This document shows, piece after piece, positions 9,535 to 17,753 of a stretch of 21,261 bases of DNA (positions are counted from its first letter, which is position 1; each line of letters starts with the position of its first letter). The position numbers and the translations under genes are program-made. The stretch comes from an uncultured virus (IMG/VR IMGVR_UViG_3300030330_002808). Lineage: Duplodnaviria; Heunggongvirae; Uroviricota; Caudoviricetes. Below the pieces are notes generated by a model. It saw nothing but the letters and a program-made list of their open reading frames with translations. It was not told the DNA's origin and did not search any database. The stretch spans positions 62,001 to 83,261 of the IMG/VR virus record IMGVR_UViG_3300030330_002808, one strand, 5' to 3'.

Positions 9535-10127
9535 CCTACTACTACATATCTTGTTCCACTAGTTACTGGATTAACTTTATGTGGGAACATAAAATTGCTA
9601 GGAAACAAAAGACAAGAGTTAGCTTTTGGTTTTACTTTTAATATTTCTTTGTTAAGTAAATGAAATTCAAAATCACCCCCATCATAATCATCATTTAATA
9701 TATAACTAAAACTAAATTGTCTTGGTGCTGTTTTTGCATAATCTGTGTGCGTGCGATAATGACCATCATCTTCATATTTTAAAACTTGAATATCCATATC
9801 ATAGTCATGATGTTTTATTGGAGAGTCATTTCTACTAAAAAATTCATTTAACAAATATGAAAACTGACGAACAAGAAAATTATACCAAAGCAATTTTGTC
9901 ATTGCAAAAGTATCATCTTTATTAGGGACAATAGCCCAATTATTATTTAAGCTTGCTCCTTTTACTTTCCTTAAATTAGAATCTATTTTTATATCACCTC
10001 TATCTCGATTATTTATTATTCCCTGATCAAAATACTGCAAATCGTTTTTTACAAATTTTAAAAATTTAGCGTAAGATCTTGAATCAAAAAATCCTTCTTT
10101 TAATATTATAAATTCTTTTATGTCCAT
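9522..10127 (-). CDS. 2OG-Fe(II) oxygenase, prolyl-4-hydroxylase-like
   Basis: LKYEDDGHYRTHTD; LNDDYDGGDFEF; FPSNFMFPHKVNPVTSGTRY (HxD...H...R). Confidence 0.9.
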   Translation of the reverse strand: MDIKEFIILKEGFFDSRSYAKFLKFVKNDLQYFDQGIINNRDRGDIKIDSNLRKVKGASLNNNWAIVPNKDDTFAMTKLLWYNFLVRQFSYLLNEFFSRNDSPIKHHDYDMDIQVLKYEDDGHYRTHTDYAKTAPRQFSFSYILNDDYDGGDFEFHLLNKEILKVKPKANSCLLFPSNFMFPHKVNPVTSGTRYVVVGWMP

Positions 10128-10876
10128 TTTGTTTTATTCTTATTAAATATTTTGTTCTTATAATTGTTTAAAAAAGACAAATTCCAAATTTTTCCTAATA
10201 CTTTTTCTGTTTCTTTGGGTGTAATTTTCATTTTCCAATCATCTCTTTTAAAAGGTATTATTTGCACATAAGGAGTGCCTCTTGCAATAGTCAAATCGGT
10301 GTGTCCGTATTTTTCATGATTTATGACTATGGGAAAATTAACTTCTAATGGATGCCTATCAGTATGAACTATACCACTTATTATAGAGAAAAAATCTTGT
10401 TGTTTATTGTTTAATGGATCTGTAAATAAACAAGAGTAGCCTGTAGGTGTTTTTATATGCCACGGATTACTAATCTTAGGAAAAGGTAACCTACCATTTT
10501 TTTCTACTTGTGGGGAACCCTCTAATTGATTTATTGGATGAGGATCCGCCATATCAATATTTAAACCTTTGGTATCAAAATATCTTTCATTAGACATTTC
10601 CAAAGAAGTCATAACTATGGTGATGGGTTTTCCATTTTTATCTTTTTGCGTGCCGTGTCTGATGTGATAATCAACTGGTGTTTTTAACAAATAACCATTA
10701 GTTAAAGTTTCCATAAAAGGCATACAACCTTTTATAGTTCTGTCAAAGATATGTTTATGGCTTTTAGTGCCGTGTGGTAATTTTTTGTACCATTCAGGTA
10801 TATTAAATTTAATTGGTGTTGGAAAATTATCTTTTAATTTATAGTAATCTTTATGTGCAGAAAATTCGATTTCCAT
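10118..10876 (-). CDS. Conserved phage protein associated with oxygenase clusters (possibly DUF6065-like)
   Basis: IPEWYK; TIKGCMPF; PWHIKTPTGYSCLF; SGIVHTD; GTPYVQIIPFKR. The last motifs recall a dUTPase-like beta-clip. Function unknown. Confidence 0.55.
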   Translation of the reverse strand: MEIEFSAHKDYYKLKDNFPTPIKFNIPEWYKKLPHGTKSHKHIFDRTIKGCMPFMETLTNGYLLKTPVDYHIRHGTQKDKNGKPITIVMTSLEMSNERYFDTKGLNIDMADPHPINQLEGSPQVEKNGRLPFPKISNPWHIKTPTGYSCLFTDPLNNKQQDFFSIISGIVHTDRHPLEVNFPIVINHEKYGHTDLTIARGTPYVQIIPFKRDDWKMKITPKETEKVLGKIWNLSFLNNYKNKIFNKNKTKWT

Positions 10877-10923
10877 AAATTAACATATACATTATATTAA
10901 TTTTATTACAATCTTTATAAGTT

Positions 10924-11340
10924 TTAAAAAATTTCGAAATCAGCAGCCCAATCTATCCCTTTATCCACAGCTATTTCACCAAATTGTAGGCTAAGAGGGA
11001 ATGTATAATTATCAAATGTTTTAGTTTTCATTTCTTCAATACAACCCGCAGCTTTAGAATTATGAGGGAAAGGTGGTACTTGCATATCATTTACAGTTTG
11101 TTGTAAAACCTCTAAGCTATCGTAAGCTTGATTATTATCACTCCAAACTAAAATATTGTTGTCATCATAATGAACAGATTTTTTGCCCAACCTTAAATCT
11201 TCATACTGTTCGTCAGTAATACTTACAATTTTATAAGATGAGTTTACACCTTTAGAAGCTAAATCAACATCATCCTTTGCTATACCATACATTGATCCAG
11301 GTGCATTTGGTGCAAATTTTAAAAAAACTACTTTTGCCAT
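10924..11340 (-). CDS. Hypothetical protein after the tail fibre (possible fibre chaperone), 138 aa
   Basis: Start revised to ATG 11340 (MAKVVFL), which has GGAGG upstream and follows the fibre stop. Confidence 0.6.
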   Translation of the reverse strand: MAKVVFLKFAPNAPGSMYGIAKDDVDLASKGVNSSYKIVSITDEQYEDLRLGKKSVHYDDNNILVWSDNNQAYDSLEVLQQTVNDMQVPPFPHNSKAAGCIEEMKTKTFDNYTFPLSLQFGEIAVDKGIDWAADFEIF

Positions 11341-11341
11341 T

Positions 11342-12574
11342 TTACGCCTCCAATACTTGTAGTGAACCACCGTTTCCAGCTGCTCCTGATCCACCTTTAA
11401 TACCAGTTTGGAAACTTAAACGTAAGTTACCAGTTTTTATACCATACGTGTTACTGTAATCTGCAGTAGCTCCCGGAGCATTACCAGGTGTGCCATCCAC
11501 TTTTTGTGGACCTGGAGTAGCTCCACCGGATCCACCGGTTCCACCATTAGCGGTGAAATTGTGAAAGGTTGTGTTTCCTCCTCCTGGTCCAGGATTTCTA
11601 CTCGTGCCAGCGTTGCCTCCTGGTGCAACAGAGAATGAAGCTGAAAAAGGTTGAGAGATATTAGCACTGTAAACACCATACCCTGGGTCTCCTCCTTGAC
11701 GTGCAGGCCCTTGTCCCGCACAACCTTGGTCATGACCACCGCCACCGCCACCTGCACACATATAAGCCATAACTGCTGATCCATTTCCAGGACTGTTATA
11801 CGTACCACTCTGACCTGCAGAGGCTGCTAATCTAACTATAAAACCCGATCCGCCTGCGCTTCCTGAAGCCGCTGAAGTCACACGACCTTGTGCATCAACT
11901 GTAATGTCTGCAGTTGTGTAAGATCCAGCAGTAACAGCTGTGTCAGCTAACTGATTAGGACCAACTGCATCATTTGCAATTTTTGCTTGTGTTACTTGAA
12001 GTGCAGAAATTTTTGCTGTTGTAACTGCATTATCAATTATTTTTGCTGTTGTAACCGCATTACTAGAAAGTTGTGCCGCTCTTACAGCATTGTCTGCTAT
12101 CTGTGCATTGTCTACTGCATCATTAGCTATCTGAGCAGTACCTATCGTTCCGCCTAAAGTATCAAGTGAAACTTCATTTAAATTTGTTCCATCAGCGTAA
12201 GCGGCATAAATTTTTTGTGCATCAGGACTAAAGCCTGTTCCTGAAGCAGTTTTAATTGTTAAATTTGTTGGATTAGTGACTGCTGTGCAATCAAAAATAT
12301 AAAATTTTTCTATAGAATCTGGAACAGTACAAACTGTTGAAGAACCTGCAGTGATAGTTGCAAATTTAATTACAAGATTTCTTGCGTTAGAAATAGCACC
12401 ATCTGACATAACTAAAGCTACTGTGCCTCCAGATGAAAGGGTAATTTGTTCAAAACCCCCTATTGCTTGTTGTACTAAATTTAAATTGGTATTTGTTTTA
12501 TCACCCCATGTACCGGCATTTTCTCCAGTAACCATTAATTCTAATTTTAAAGATGTAGAATAATTACTTGTCAT
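11342..12574 (-). CDS. Tail fibre / receptor-binding protein with Gly-rich C-terminal domain
   Basis: N-terminal anchor-like TGENAGTWGDKTNTN; seven 10-aa repeats; AGSYTTADITVDAQGRVTSA; CAGGGGGG Gly/Pro-rich tip; SD AAGGAG. Confidence 0.8.
   Translation of the reverse strand: MTSNYSTSLKLELMVTGENAGTWGDKTNTNLNLVQQAIGGFEQITLSSGGTVALVMSDGAISNARNLVIKFATITAGSSTVCTVPDSIEKFYIFDCTAVTNPTNLTIKTASGTGFSPDAQKIYAAYADGTNLNEVSLDTLGGTIGTAQIANDAVDNAQIADNAVRAAQLSSNAVTTAKIIDNAVTTAKISALQVTQAKIANDAVGPNQLADTAVTAGSYTTADITVDAQGRVTSAASGSAGGSGFIVRLAASAGQSGTYNSPGNGSAVMAYMCAGGGGGGHDQGCAGQGPARQGGDPGYGVYSANISQPFSASFSVAPGGNAGTSRNPGPGGGNTTFHNFTANGGTGGSGGATPGPQKVDGTPGNAPGATADYSNTYGIKTGNLRLSFQTGIKGGSGAAGNGGSLQVLEA
11936..12145 (-). 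repeat. Seven tandem 30-nt (10-aa) coding repeats in the fibre shaft
   Basis: IGTAQIANDA VDNAQIADNA VRAAQLSSNA VTTAKIIDNA VTTAKISALQ VTQAKIANDA VGPNQLADTA. DNA ttttgctgttgtaac recurs 30 nt apart. Confidence 0.8.
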
Positions 12575-12599
12575 AAAAATTTCTCCTTAGTATGGTCGT

Positions 12600-12628
12600 A
12601 TTTTAACTTAATTAAGCAGCCAAATCAA
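12600..12628 (-). promoter_or_regulatory. Sigma70-type promoter for the tail fibre gene
   Basis: Minus strand TTGATT-17 nt-TAAAAT upstream of SD AAGGAG and ATG 12574. Confidence 0.55.
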
Positions 12629-13718
12629 CCTCTGTCCATACATTATTTACACCAAGGTCTACCTCTTGCCAAGGTGTTAAATTTACAGTGCCCACAGATG
12701 CTGACATTTGTATGCCTGTAACATCAATACCTGCAGTTCCAGTAATAGTTACTGACCCTATAGAACCTGATAATTGTTGTCCTGAAACACCTACTATCTG
12801 GCTAGGGATTTCAGAATGTTGTCCAAGGGACATAGTAGCTTGAACCCCTGTAGCAGATTCAGTAGTAGTCTGCGTTAAGCTAAAAGATCCAAGGGTAAAT
12901 GTGGCAGCTATACCAGTTACATCCACAGGTGTTTTTAACCCTGCAACTGTATTTCCAATTGATCCTGTTAATGATCCTGCACTTGTTACAGTAACATTAG
13001 CATCTGCCTCAAACGCTAAACTACCTATTGTAAAATCAAGCTGATCTTCAGCAGCAAAGACTGTTATGTCTTGATCAATTTTAAGTGAGAAACTTCCAAA
13101 GGTAGAACTTAATTGACCAGCACTAGTGACTGATACTGTTACATCTGTAAACGCATTAGCAGCAGGAAAATTAATTGTAGAGGTTAATTGTTGTCCCGTT
13201 GGTGCAGCAGAAAAAGCCTCACCCCAAGATAGATTACCCCAAGTTCGTCTACCCCAACCAATACCTGTTAGTTCTGATTCATCAACTGTTGCTGATCCAA
13301 TACTTGATGTAGCAGATGAACCAGTAACAGGAACTCCAATACCAATAACAGTACTACCGGCTGATATCGAAGATGATAAACCGGTTGCCTCAAAAGTGAA
13401 AGATATTCCTGCTTCTTCTGCACCTAATGATGATGATAAAGATATTCCAGAAACTTGTACGTTTGCATCTCCAGTTTGTGTAACGGATGCAATACTAAAT
13501 GATGCGCTTATTCCTGTGATTGTAGGTTGTGAACCAGATAAATCACCCCATTCATTTTCACCCCAAGTGTCACCACCCCAACCTACTTGAATTTCGTTGT
13601 CTACTACGATATTGCCAATACTAAAGGATGCACTTAATCCAGTTGCAGTAACTCCGACATCACCTTGTGCTGCCCAGCTACCAGCTCCCCATTCAAGTGC
13701 ACCCCATGTATTTGACAT
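12612..13718 (-). CDS. Virion structural protein with WG repeats and S/T/G-rich beta repeats
   Basis: 368 aa; three WGxxxWGxxxW clusters; recurrent VxVTGxSxxxSxG strands; very few basic residues. Confidence 0.6.
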   Translation of the reverse strand: MSNTWGALEWGAGSWAAQGDVGVTATGLSASFSIGNIVVDNEIQVGWGGDTWGENEWGDLSGSQPTITGISASFSIASVTQTGDANVQVSGISLSSSLGAEEAGISFTFEATGLSSSISAGSTVIGIGVPVTGSSATSSIGSATVDESELTGIGWGRRTWGNLSWGEAFSAAPTGQQLTSTINFPAANAFTDVTVSVTSAGQLSSTFGSFSLKIDQDITVFAAEDQLDFTIGSLAFEADANVTVTSAGSLTGSIGNTVAGLKTPVDVTGIAATFTLGSFSLTQTTTESATGVQATMSLGQHSEIPSQIVGVSGQQLSGSIGSVTITGTAGIDVTGIQMSASVGTVNLTPWQEVDLGVNNVWTEVDLAA

Positions 13719-13730
13719 TCATTACAGTCC

Positions 13731-14177
13731 TTATGCTAATCTTAAAATTGCTGCAGATGTTGTGAACGCAGGGAACTGAATTGTAAAAGTTCCAGACGTT
13801 GCAGTTTTATCACCGCCAAAATCTAACACAGCAACTGCATCAGTAGTTCCTGAACCACCGTCAGTCGTTGTATTATAGATTAATGCACCTCTTGCTGTAA
13901 GAGTCACACCTACGAAAGATAAATCAGCAAAATCAGTAATCGCAACTGAAGATGAAACTTTAACACCTTGGTTAACCAAAGCTTTTCCGCCAGCAGTGTA
14001 ACCTGATGGTGATGAAACTTCGTTTGCAGTTGCATAGTTTGTTGTTGACTTACCTAAAGTTGCTGAACTTGTAAACATCGCTAATTTGTATGTATCAGAC
14101 GATGTATCAAAGTCATGTTTACCTTGTAATAATTCTTTTTTAAAACTATCACAAATTGCATTTGTTGTTATTGCCAT
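13731..14177 (-). CDS. Virion structural protein (tail-associated, putative)
   Basis: 148 aa; SFKKELLQGKHDF...YKLAMFT...GYTAGG...ARGALIYN...VLDFGGDK...GTFTIQFP; SD AGGAG. Confidence 0.6.
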   Translation of the reverse strand: MAITTNAICDSFKKELLQGKHDFDTSSDTYKLAMFTSSATLGKSTTNYATANEVSSPSGYTAGGKALVNQGVKVSSSVAITDFADLSFVGVTLTARGALIYNTTTDGGSGTTDAVAVLDFGGDKTATSGTFTIQFPAFTTSAAILRLA

Positions 14178-14188
14178 AATTGTTCTCC

Positions 14189-14851
14189 TTAACTTGTTGT
14201 GTTTGGAGATGGAGAGGCTACCTTAACTCTTGGTACACCGTCATCATACTCCGCACGTCTTCTTCTGCCCATTTGTTGTAGGGCAAAATTTTGTATCTCT
14301 TCATCATACTTTGTTTTATAGAGGTTGTATAGATCCATGGGACCTTTTAAAAATCTAAAAGCCTCAGACAAAACTCCGTGTAATAGCATTGATTCTTGGT
14401 AGGTAGACAAATAAGTATTGTTTGTGGATGTAAAATTAGGTGGGTCTTTTATATAATTAATTTGAACTGTATCTGCAGCCGCAGGAGTAGGAGCAACTAA
14501 TATATTGAAATCATCGTAGTTAGCAAAGTATTTTGGTGTCCCTTGTGCTCCTGTGCTATTGAACTCAGTTATAAAACTAATATCTCTTTTTTCTAAAAAT
14601 GTTCTGACACCTGAAGAAACATGTTCGACTGATCTTAATATTAATGTATCTGAGGGCATTGATACAGCTCTATTACCAGCTGTGAAAGTTGATGTTGCAT
14701 ACTTTCTTAAATCATCATAATCAACTTTACCAGCAACATCTAACTCAACTGATCTTATGAAATCCTGAATTATAGCATCTGTTAATACATTACTATCTAC
14801 TTCAGTGTAGTTTCTTACTTGAGTTAAAAAATTTGCGTGTGTTATAGCCAT
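14189..14851 (-). CDS. Head-tail adaptor / tail tubular protein A-like
   Basis: 220 aa; helical ends flanking a beta insert containing GTPKYFA...VAPTP; LLHGVLSEA. Confidence 0.6.
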   Translation of the reverse strand: MAITHANFLTQVRNYTEVDSNVLTDAIIQDFIRSVELDVAGKVDYDDLRKYATSTFTAGNRAVSMPSDTLILRSVEHVSSGVRTFLEKRDISFITEFNSTGAQGTPKYFANYDDFNILVAPTPAAADTVQINYIKDPPNFTSTNNTYLSTYQESMLLHGVLSEAFRFLKGPMDLYNLYKTKYDEEIQNFALQQMGRRRRAEYDDGVPRVKVASPSPNTTS

Positions 14852-15309
14852 TATGTAATACTCACTGTTATTGAACCTAATAAAGCATCTAATTGTCTTC
14901 TTCTATTTTGTAGAGACGGATCTTCTGGTTCCATCGAATTTATATTTGTAGATAATGATGGATCACTATGAGTGGCTACAAAAGACTCAGTTCTAAAAGC
15001 AAATTGGCCAGGTAATGTCAAATTAGCAACTCCAACAACTGTACCACCTGAATCTGAAATAGTTTGATCAGAAGTTGCATCATTTATAAATTCCTGATTT
15101 GGCTGTTGAAACTTCATTACTCTCGAATTTTGTAAAGCAATAGCATCAGCAACAGTTCTTCTACGTCTGATCTGTGGATGTTTTGGTTCAAACTCTGATA
15201 TGTGCACTAATGAACCGTTCCACTCTCTTACCATTTCTACATAAGGAAACTCCATACCTGATCTATCAGATATGGCTTTTGAATTTTTTCCTGTCGCAAA
15301 TTTAGCCAT
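14851..15309 (-). CDS. Conserved phage morphogenesis-region protein
   Basis: 152 aa; GKNSKAISDRSG...EWNGSLVH...EPKHPQ; lies between the two adaptor-like genes; coupled by TAATG. Confidence 0.6.
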   Translation of the reverse strand: MAKFATGKNSKAISDRSGMEFPYVEMVREWNGSLVHISEFEPKHPQIRRRRTVADAIALQNSRVMKFQQPNQEFINDATSDQTISDSGGTVVGVANLTLPGQFAFRTESFVATHSDPSLSTNINSMEPEDPSLQNRRRQLDALLGSITVSIT

Positions 15310-15311
15310 AA

Positions 15312-16007
15312 TTAAACACTCGTAGGGTAAAATGATTGAGGAGTTATAAATGTAGATGTTCTTTGACCATCCTCATCTAATGCTCTTTTTAATTCGTCTT
15401 CATATATTAATTTATTTTGTTGAACCATTTGTGGAGCAACTTTCATTGCCAAATAATATGCCAAGCCTGCACACATACATGGTAAAAATCTATAAGCCAC
15501 ATCTGCTTGATTAGTGTATACACCTGCGTCCTCAATTCTTTTAATTACATAATATTTAACATGTGTATAAGTATTAAGATCGGGTGCTTGGTATAAATAT
15601 ATTTTTGGTGTTGTTTGTCTTTCAACGTAGTATTGTGACGGAGTACCAGTAGAAAGTTTATTTGGTAATGCAGCATATGCTGATCTATCAATTTTTGTTA
15701 ATGACACATCTTGTGTAGAAGAACTCTCAGCAGATATAGATGTGGAAGATATAAAGGCCTCTAAAACATCACTTACATCTGATGTAACAGAATATTCTGC
15801 TTGACCAGAAACAAGCGCATTCTCATCCAGTTCTACTTTCCATAAATGAATACCTCTATTACCCCACTCTGCAAAAAGTAAATTTAAAGAAGTTCTTGCA
15901 GATTTTAAATCATATCCTGAGTTAGTTCTTACTGCACATCTTTGATAACCTTCTTGTATAATATCATCAATATTTAAATTAAAAGCTGTAGTTCCTGAAG
16001 TTGCCAT
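15312..16007 (-). CDS. Head-tail adaptor (P22 gp4-like DNA stabilisation protein)
   Basis: 231 aa; ARTSLNLLFAEWGNRGIHLW; GTPSQYY; IYLYQAPD; GLAYYLA; YEDELKRALDED. Confidence 0.65.
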   Translation of the reverse strand: MATSGTTAFNLNIDDIIQEGYQRCAVRTNSGYDLKSARTSLNLLFAEWGNRGIHLWKVELDENALVSGQAEYSVTSDVSDVLEAFISSTSISAESSSTQDVSLTKIDRSAYAALPNKLSTGTPSQYYVERQTTPKIYLYQAPDLNTYTHVKYYVIKRIEDAGVYTNQADVAYRFLPCMCAGLAYYLAMKVAPQMVQQNKLIYEDELKRALDEDGQRTSTFITPQSFYPTSV

Positions 16008-16573
16008 TATAAAATATCCTTATAATAATCTGCCATACCACCCATGCTTTTCTTAGCAATTTTTTCTAATGTAACAGCTTGTGCAGCATGTGCTTTCGAA
16101 GCTTTTTTTAATTTGTTGGCAACATTTTGTATGCCACCCTTACTATTTAATTTTATACCTTTTTTCCTAGCTGTTTGTTTATCAAACATTGCTTTTGCTT
16201 TCTTAGCTTCATTTTTAATATAATTTATTAAAGCTCGTCTTGTTTTTCTCATTTCCTTAGTAGTTTTTTTCACACCTGCTTTTCTAGATCGACCTAAAAC
16301 AAACTGAGTCATATTTAATAATTCTTGAGCCTTAAGTCTTTGAGTGTCTAATTTACGTAAGCCTTTGATTTCTGATTTTGCTGCTCCTGTTCTTTTTTTT
16401 ATTTCAGGGTCATAGTCTTTTTTTATTCGAGCTGCTAACTTTTTCTTGAATCTTTTAAAAGGTTCTGATCTTACAGCAGCTTTTATTCCAGTTCTTAATA
16501 AGCCACCTGCTAGTTTTTTTTCAACTTTAAATACCATACCTACTGGTTTTATTTTAATAGTTCTTTTTTTCAT
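16007..16573 (-). CDS. Highly basic (K/R-rich) protein, possible capsid-internal protein
   Basis: 188 aa; KKLAGG, NSKGG and KKSMGG motifs; coupled overlaps at both ends. Confidence 0.65.
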   Translation of the reverse strand: MKKRTIKIKPVGMVFKVEKKLAGGLLRTGIKAAVRSEPFKRFKKKLAARIKKDYDPEIKKRTGAAKSEIKGLRKLDTQRLKAQELLNMTQFVLGRSRKAGVKKTTKEMRKTRRALINYIKNEAKKAKAMFDKQTARKKGIKLNSKGGIQNVANKLKKASKAHAAQAVTLEKIAKKSMGGMADYYKDIL

Positions 16574-16803
16574 TTTGGTTCGTAGTTCCTTAGTTTTTGT
16601 ATGTCTCTTTTAGTTAATTTTCCAGAGCCATGTACTTTGATACCATATTTTAAATCTGTTTTTGCGTCTTTTCTCTTTCCTGCTCCTCTAACCTTAGATT
16701 TCATGATATCAGATATTTTTCTTCCACCAGATTTTTTATAAGCTTTATAACTAGCTTTAATTCCTTTTGTTAGTAATCCACCTAACAACATTTTTTTATA
16801 CAT
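16570..16803 (-). CDS. Small basic protein (77 aa)
   Basis: KKMLLGGLLTKGIKA resembles a segment of the neighbouring gene product; TAATG and ATGA overlaps. Confidence 0.65.
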   Translation of the reverse strand: MYKKMLLGGLLTKGIKASYKAYKKSGGRKISDIMKSKVRGAGKRKDAKTDLKYGIKVHGSGKLTKRDIQKLRNYEPK

Positions 16804-17108
16804 TATTTAAATCCTTTCAACATATCGCCATAGTAACTTTCATAACTTTTATTGGAAATATATTTACCGTCTATTTCTGATTTTATATATGATCCAATAT
16901 ATTTTTCTTCTCTTTGAGCTTTGCCAGGAGCTTTAGATATTGTTTGAGAAAACATAGCTCTACCCATAGCTGCTTTAGTAACTTTTTTTTCTACACCACT
17001 TATTGTGCCTTTATTCTTAGAGGCATAGAATACGGCTTTACCTTCTTTTTCACCATATTGGTCTTTCATAGATTTCATTATTTTTTTACCTTTTTTATTT
17101 AGTGGCAT
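16803..17108 (-). CDS. Small basic protein (101 aa)
   Basis: MPLNKKGKKIMKSMKDQYGEKEGKAVFYASKNKG; SD AGGAG. Confidence 0.7.
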   Translation of the reverse strand: MPLNKKGKKIMKSMKDQYGEKEGKAVFYASKNKGTISGVEKKVTKAAMGRAMFSQTISKAPGKAQREEKYIGSYIKSEIDGKYISNKSYESYYGDMLKGFK

Positions 17109-17128
17109 AATTCTCCTATTTGGGCTGA

Positions 17129-17137
17129 TATTATAAC
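17129..17137 (-). promoter_or_regulatory. Extended -10 promoter element
   Basis: Minus strand TGTTATAAT in the intergenic gap upstream of the SD and ATG 17108; -35 is poor. Confidence 0.5.
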
Positions 17138-17165
17138 ATTTTTAGGCTTTAGTATACAGTCTTAC

Positions 17166-17753
17166 CTATATCTTAATAAATTCAATATTTTCTTTATCTT
17201 GAGTGTATTTTTCGTCAACTCCATCAAACATACAATTCCATGAAATAATAATTTTATTATTTGTGGTTTGTAAGGGAGGGGCTCTATGTATCAAAAAAGA
17301 TGGAAAAAATAAGATGTCTCCTTCATTGGCGTCTAACCTGAAACGTCTGTTTAAGTTATCAGGATATAAAAATTGAGTATAACAACTCATATGATCTGTA
17401 GGTAATTTTAAATAATAAACTCCGCTATAGTTATCTCCATGAACATGCCAACCGTGAACGCTATTTTGTTTGTATTCTTGAAACCATATATCATTTAAGA
17501 TAACTTTTTTATAACCCATTTTTTTAGCAAAAACGTTCAATTGACTATAAATGGGCCCTATTATTTCTTTTACCCAATCACGTTCAAAGTCTTTTGATAT
17601 TTTCCAATCAAATTTATCTATTGCATCGTCATTATAATTTTTATCTTTAAAATCACTTGCGTTAATTTTTTCTATTAAAGTTTTTTTTAAATTATCGTGT
17701 TCGAAAAATTTAGTTTTATATATTGGAAATTTTATGCCAAACTCTTTTATCAT
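17166..17753 (-). CDS. 2OG-Fe(II) oxygenase (HxH type)
   Basis: WFQEY...HGWHVHG..YSGVYYL; EGDILFFPSFLIHR; KIIISWN. Confidence 0.82.
   Translation of the reverse strand: MIKEFGIKFPIYKTKFFEHDNLKKTLIEKINASDFKDKNYNDDAIDKFDWKISKDFERDWVKEIIGPIYSQLNVFAKKMGYKKVILNDIWFQEYKQNSVHGWHVHGDNYSGVYYLKLPTDHMSCYTQFLYPDNLNRRFRLDANEGDILFFPSFLIHRAPPLQTTNNKIIISWNCMFDGVDEKYTQDKENIEFIKI

Noticed and set aside
8968..10127. Oxygenases as TET/JBP DNA-modifying enzymes
   Set aside because: Motifs fit P4H-like and other small phage oxygenases; no methyltransferase or replication context in the window. Kept only as an alternative.
11437..11808. Alternative-frame 123-aa ORF inside the tail fibre
   Set aside because: Fully nested in a GC-richer Gly-coding stretch where stops are scarce; no lipobox or other motif.
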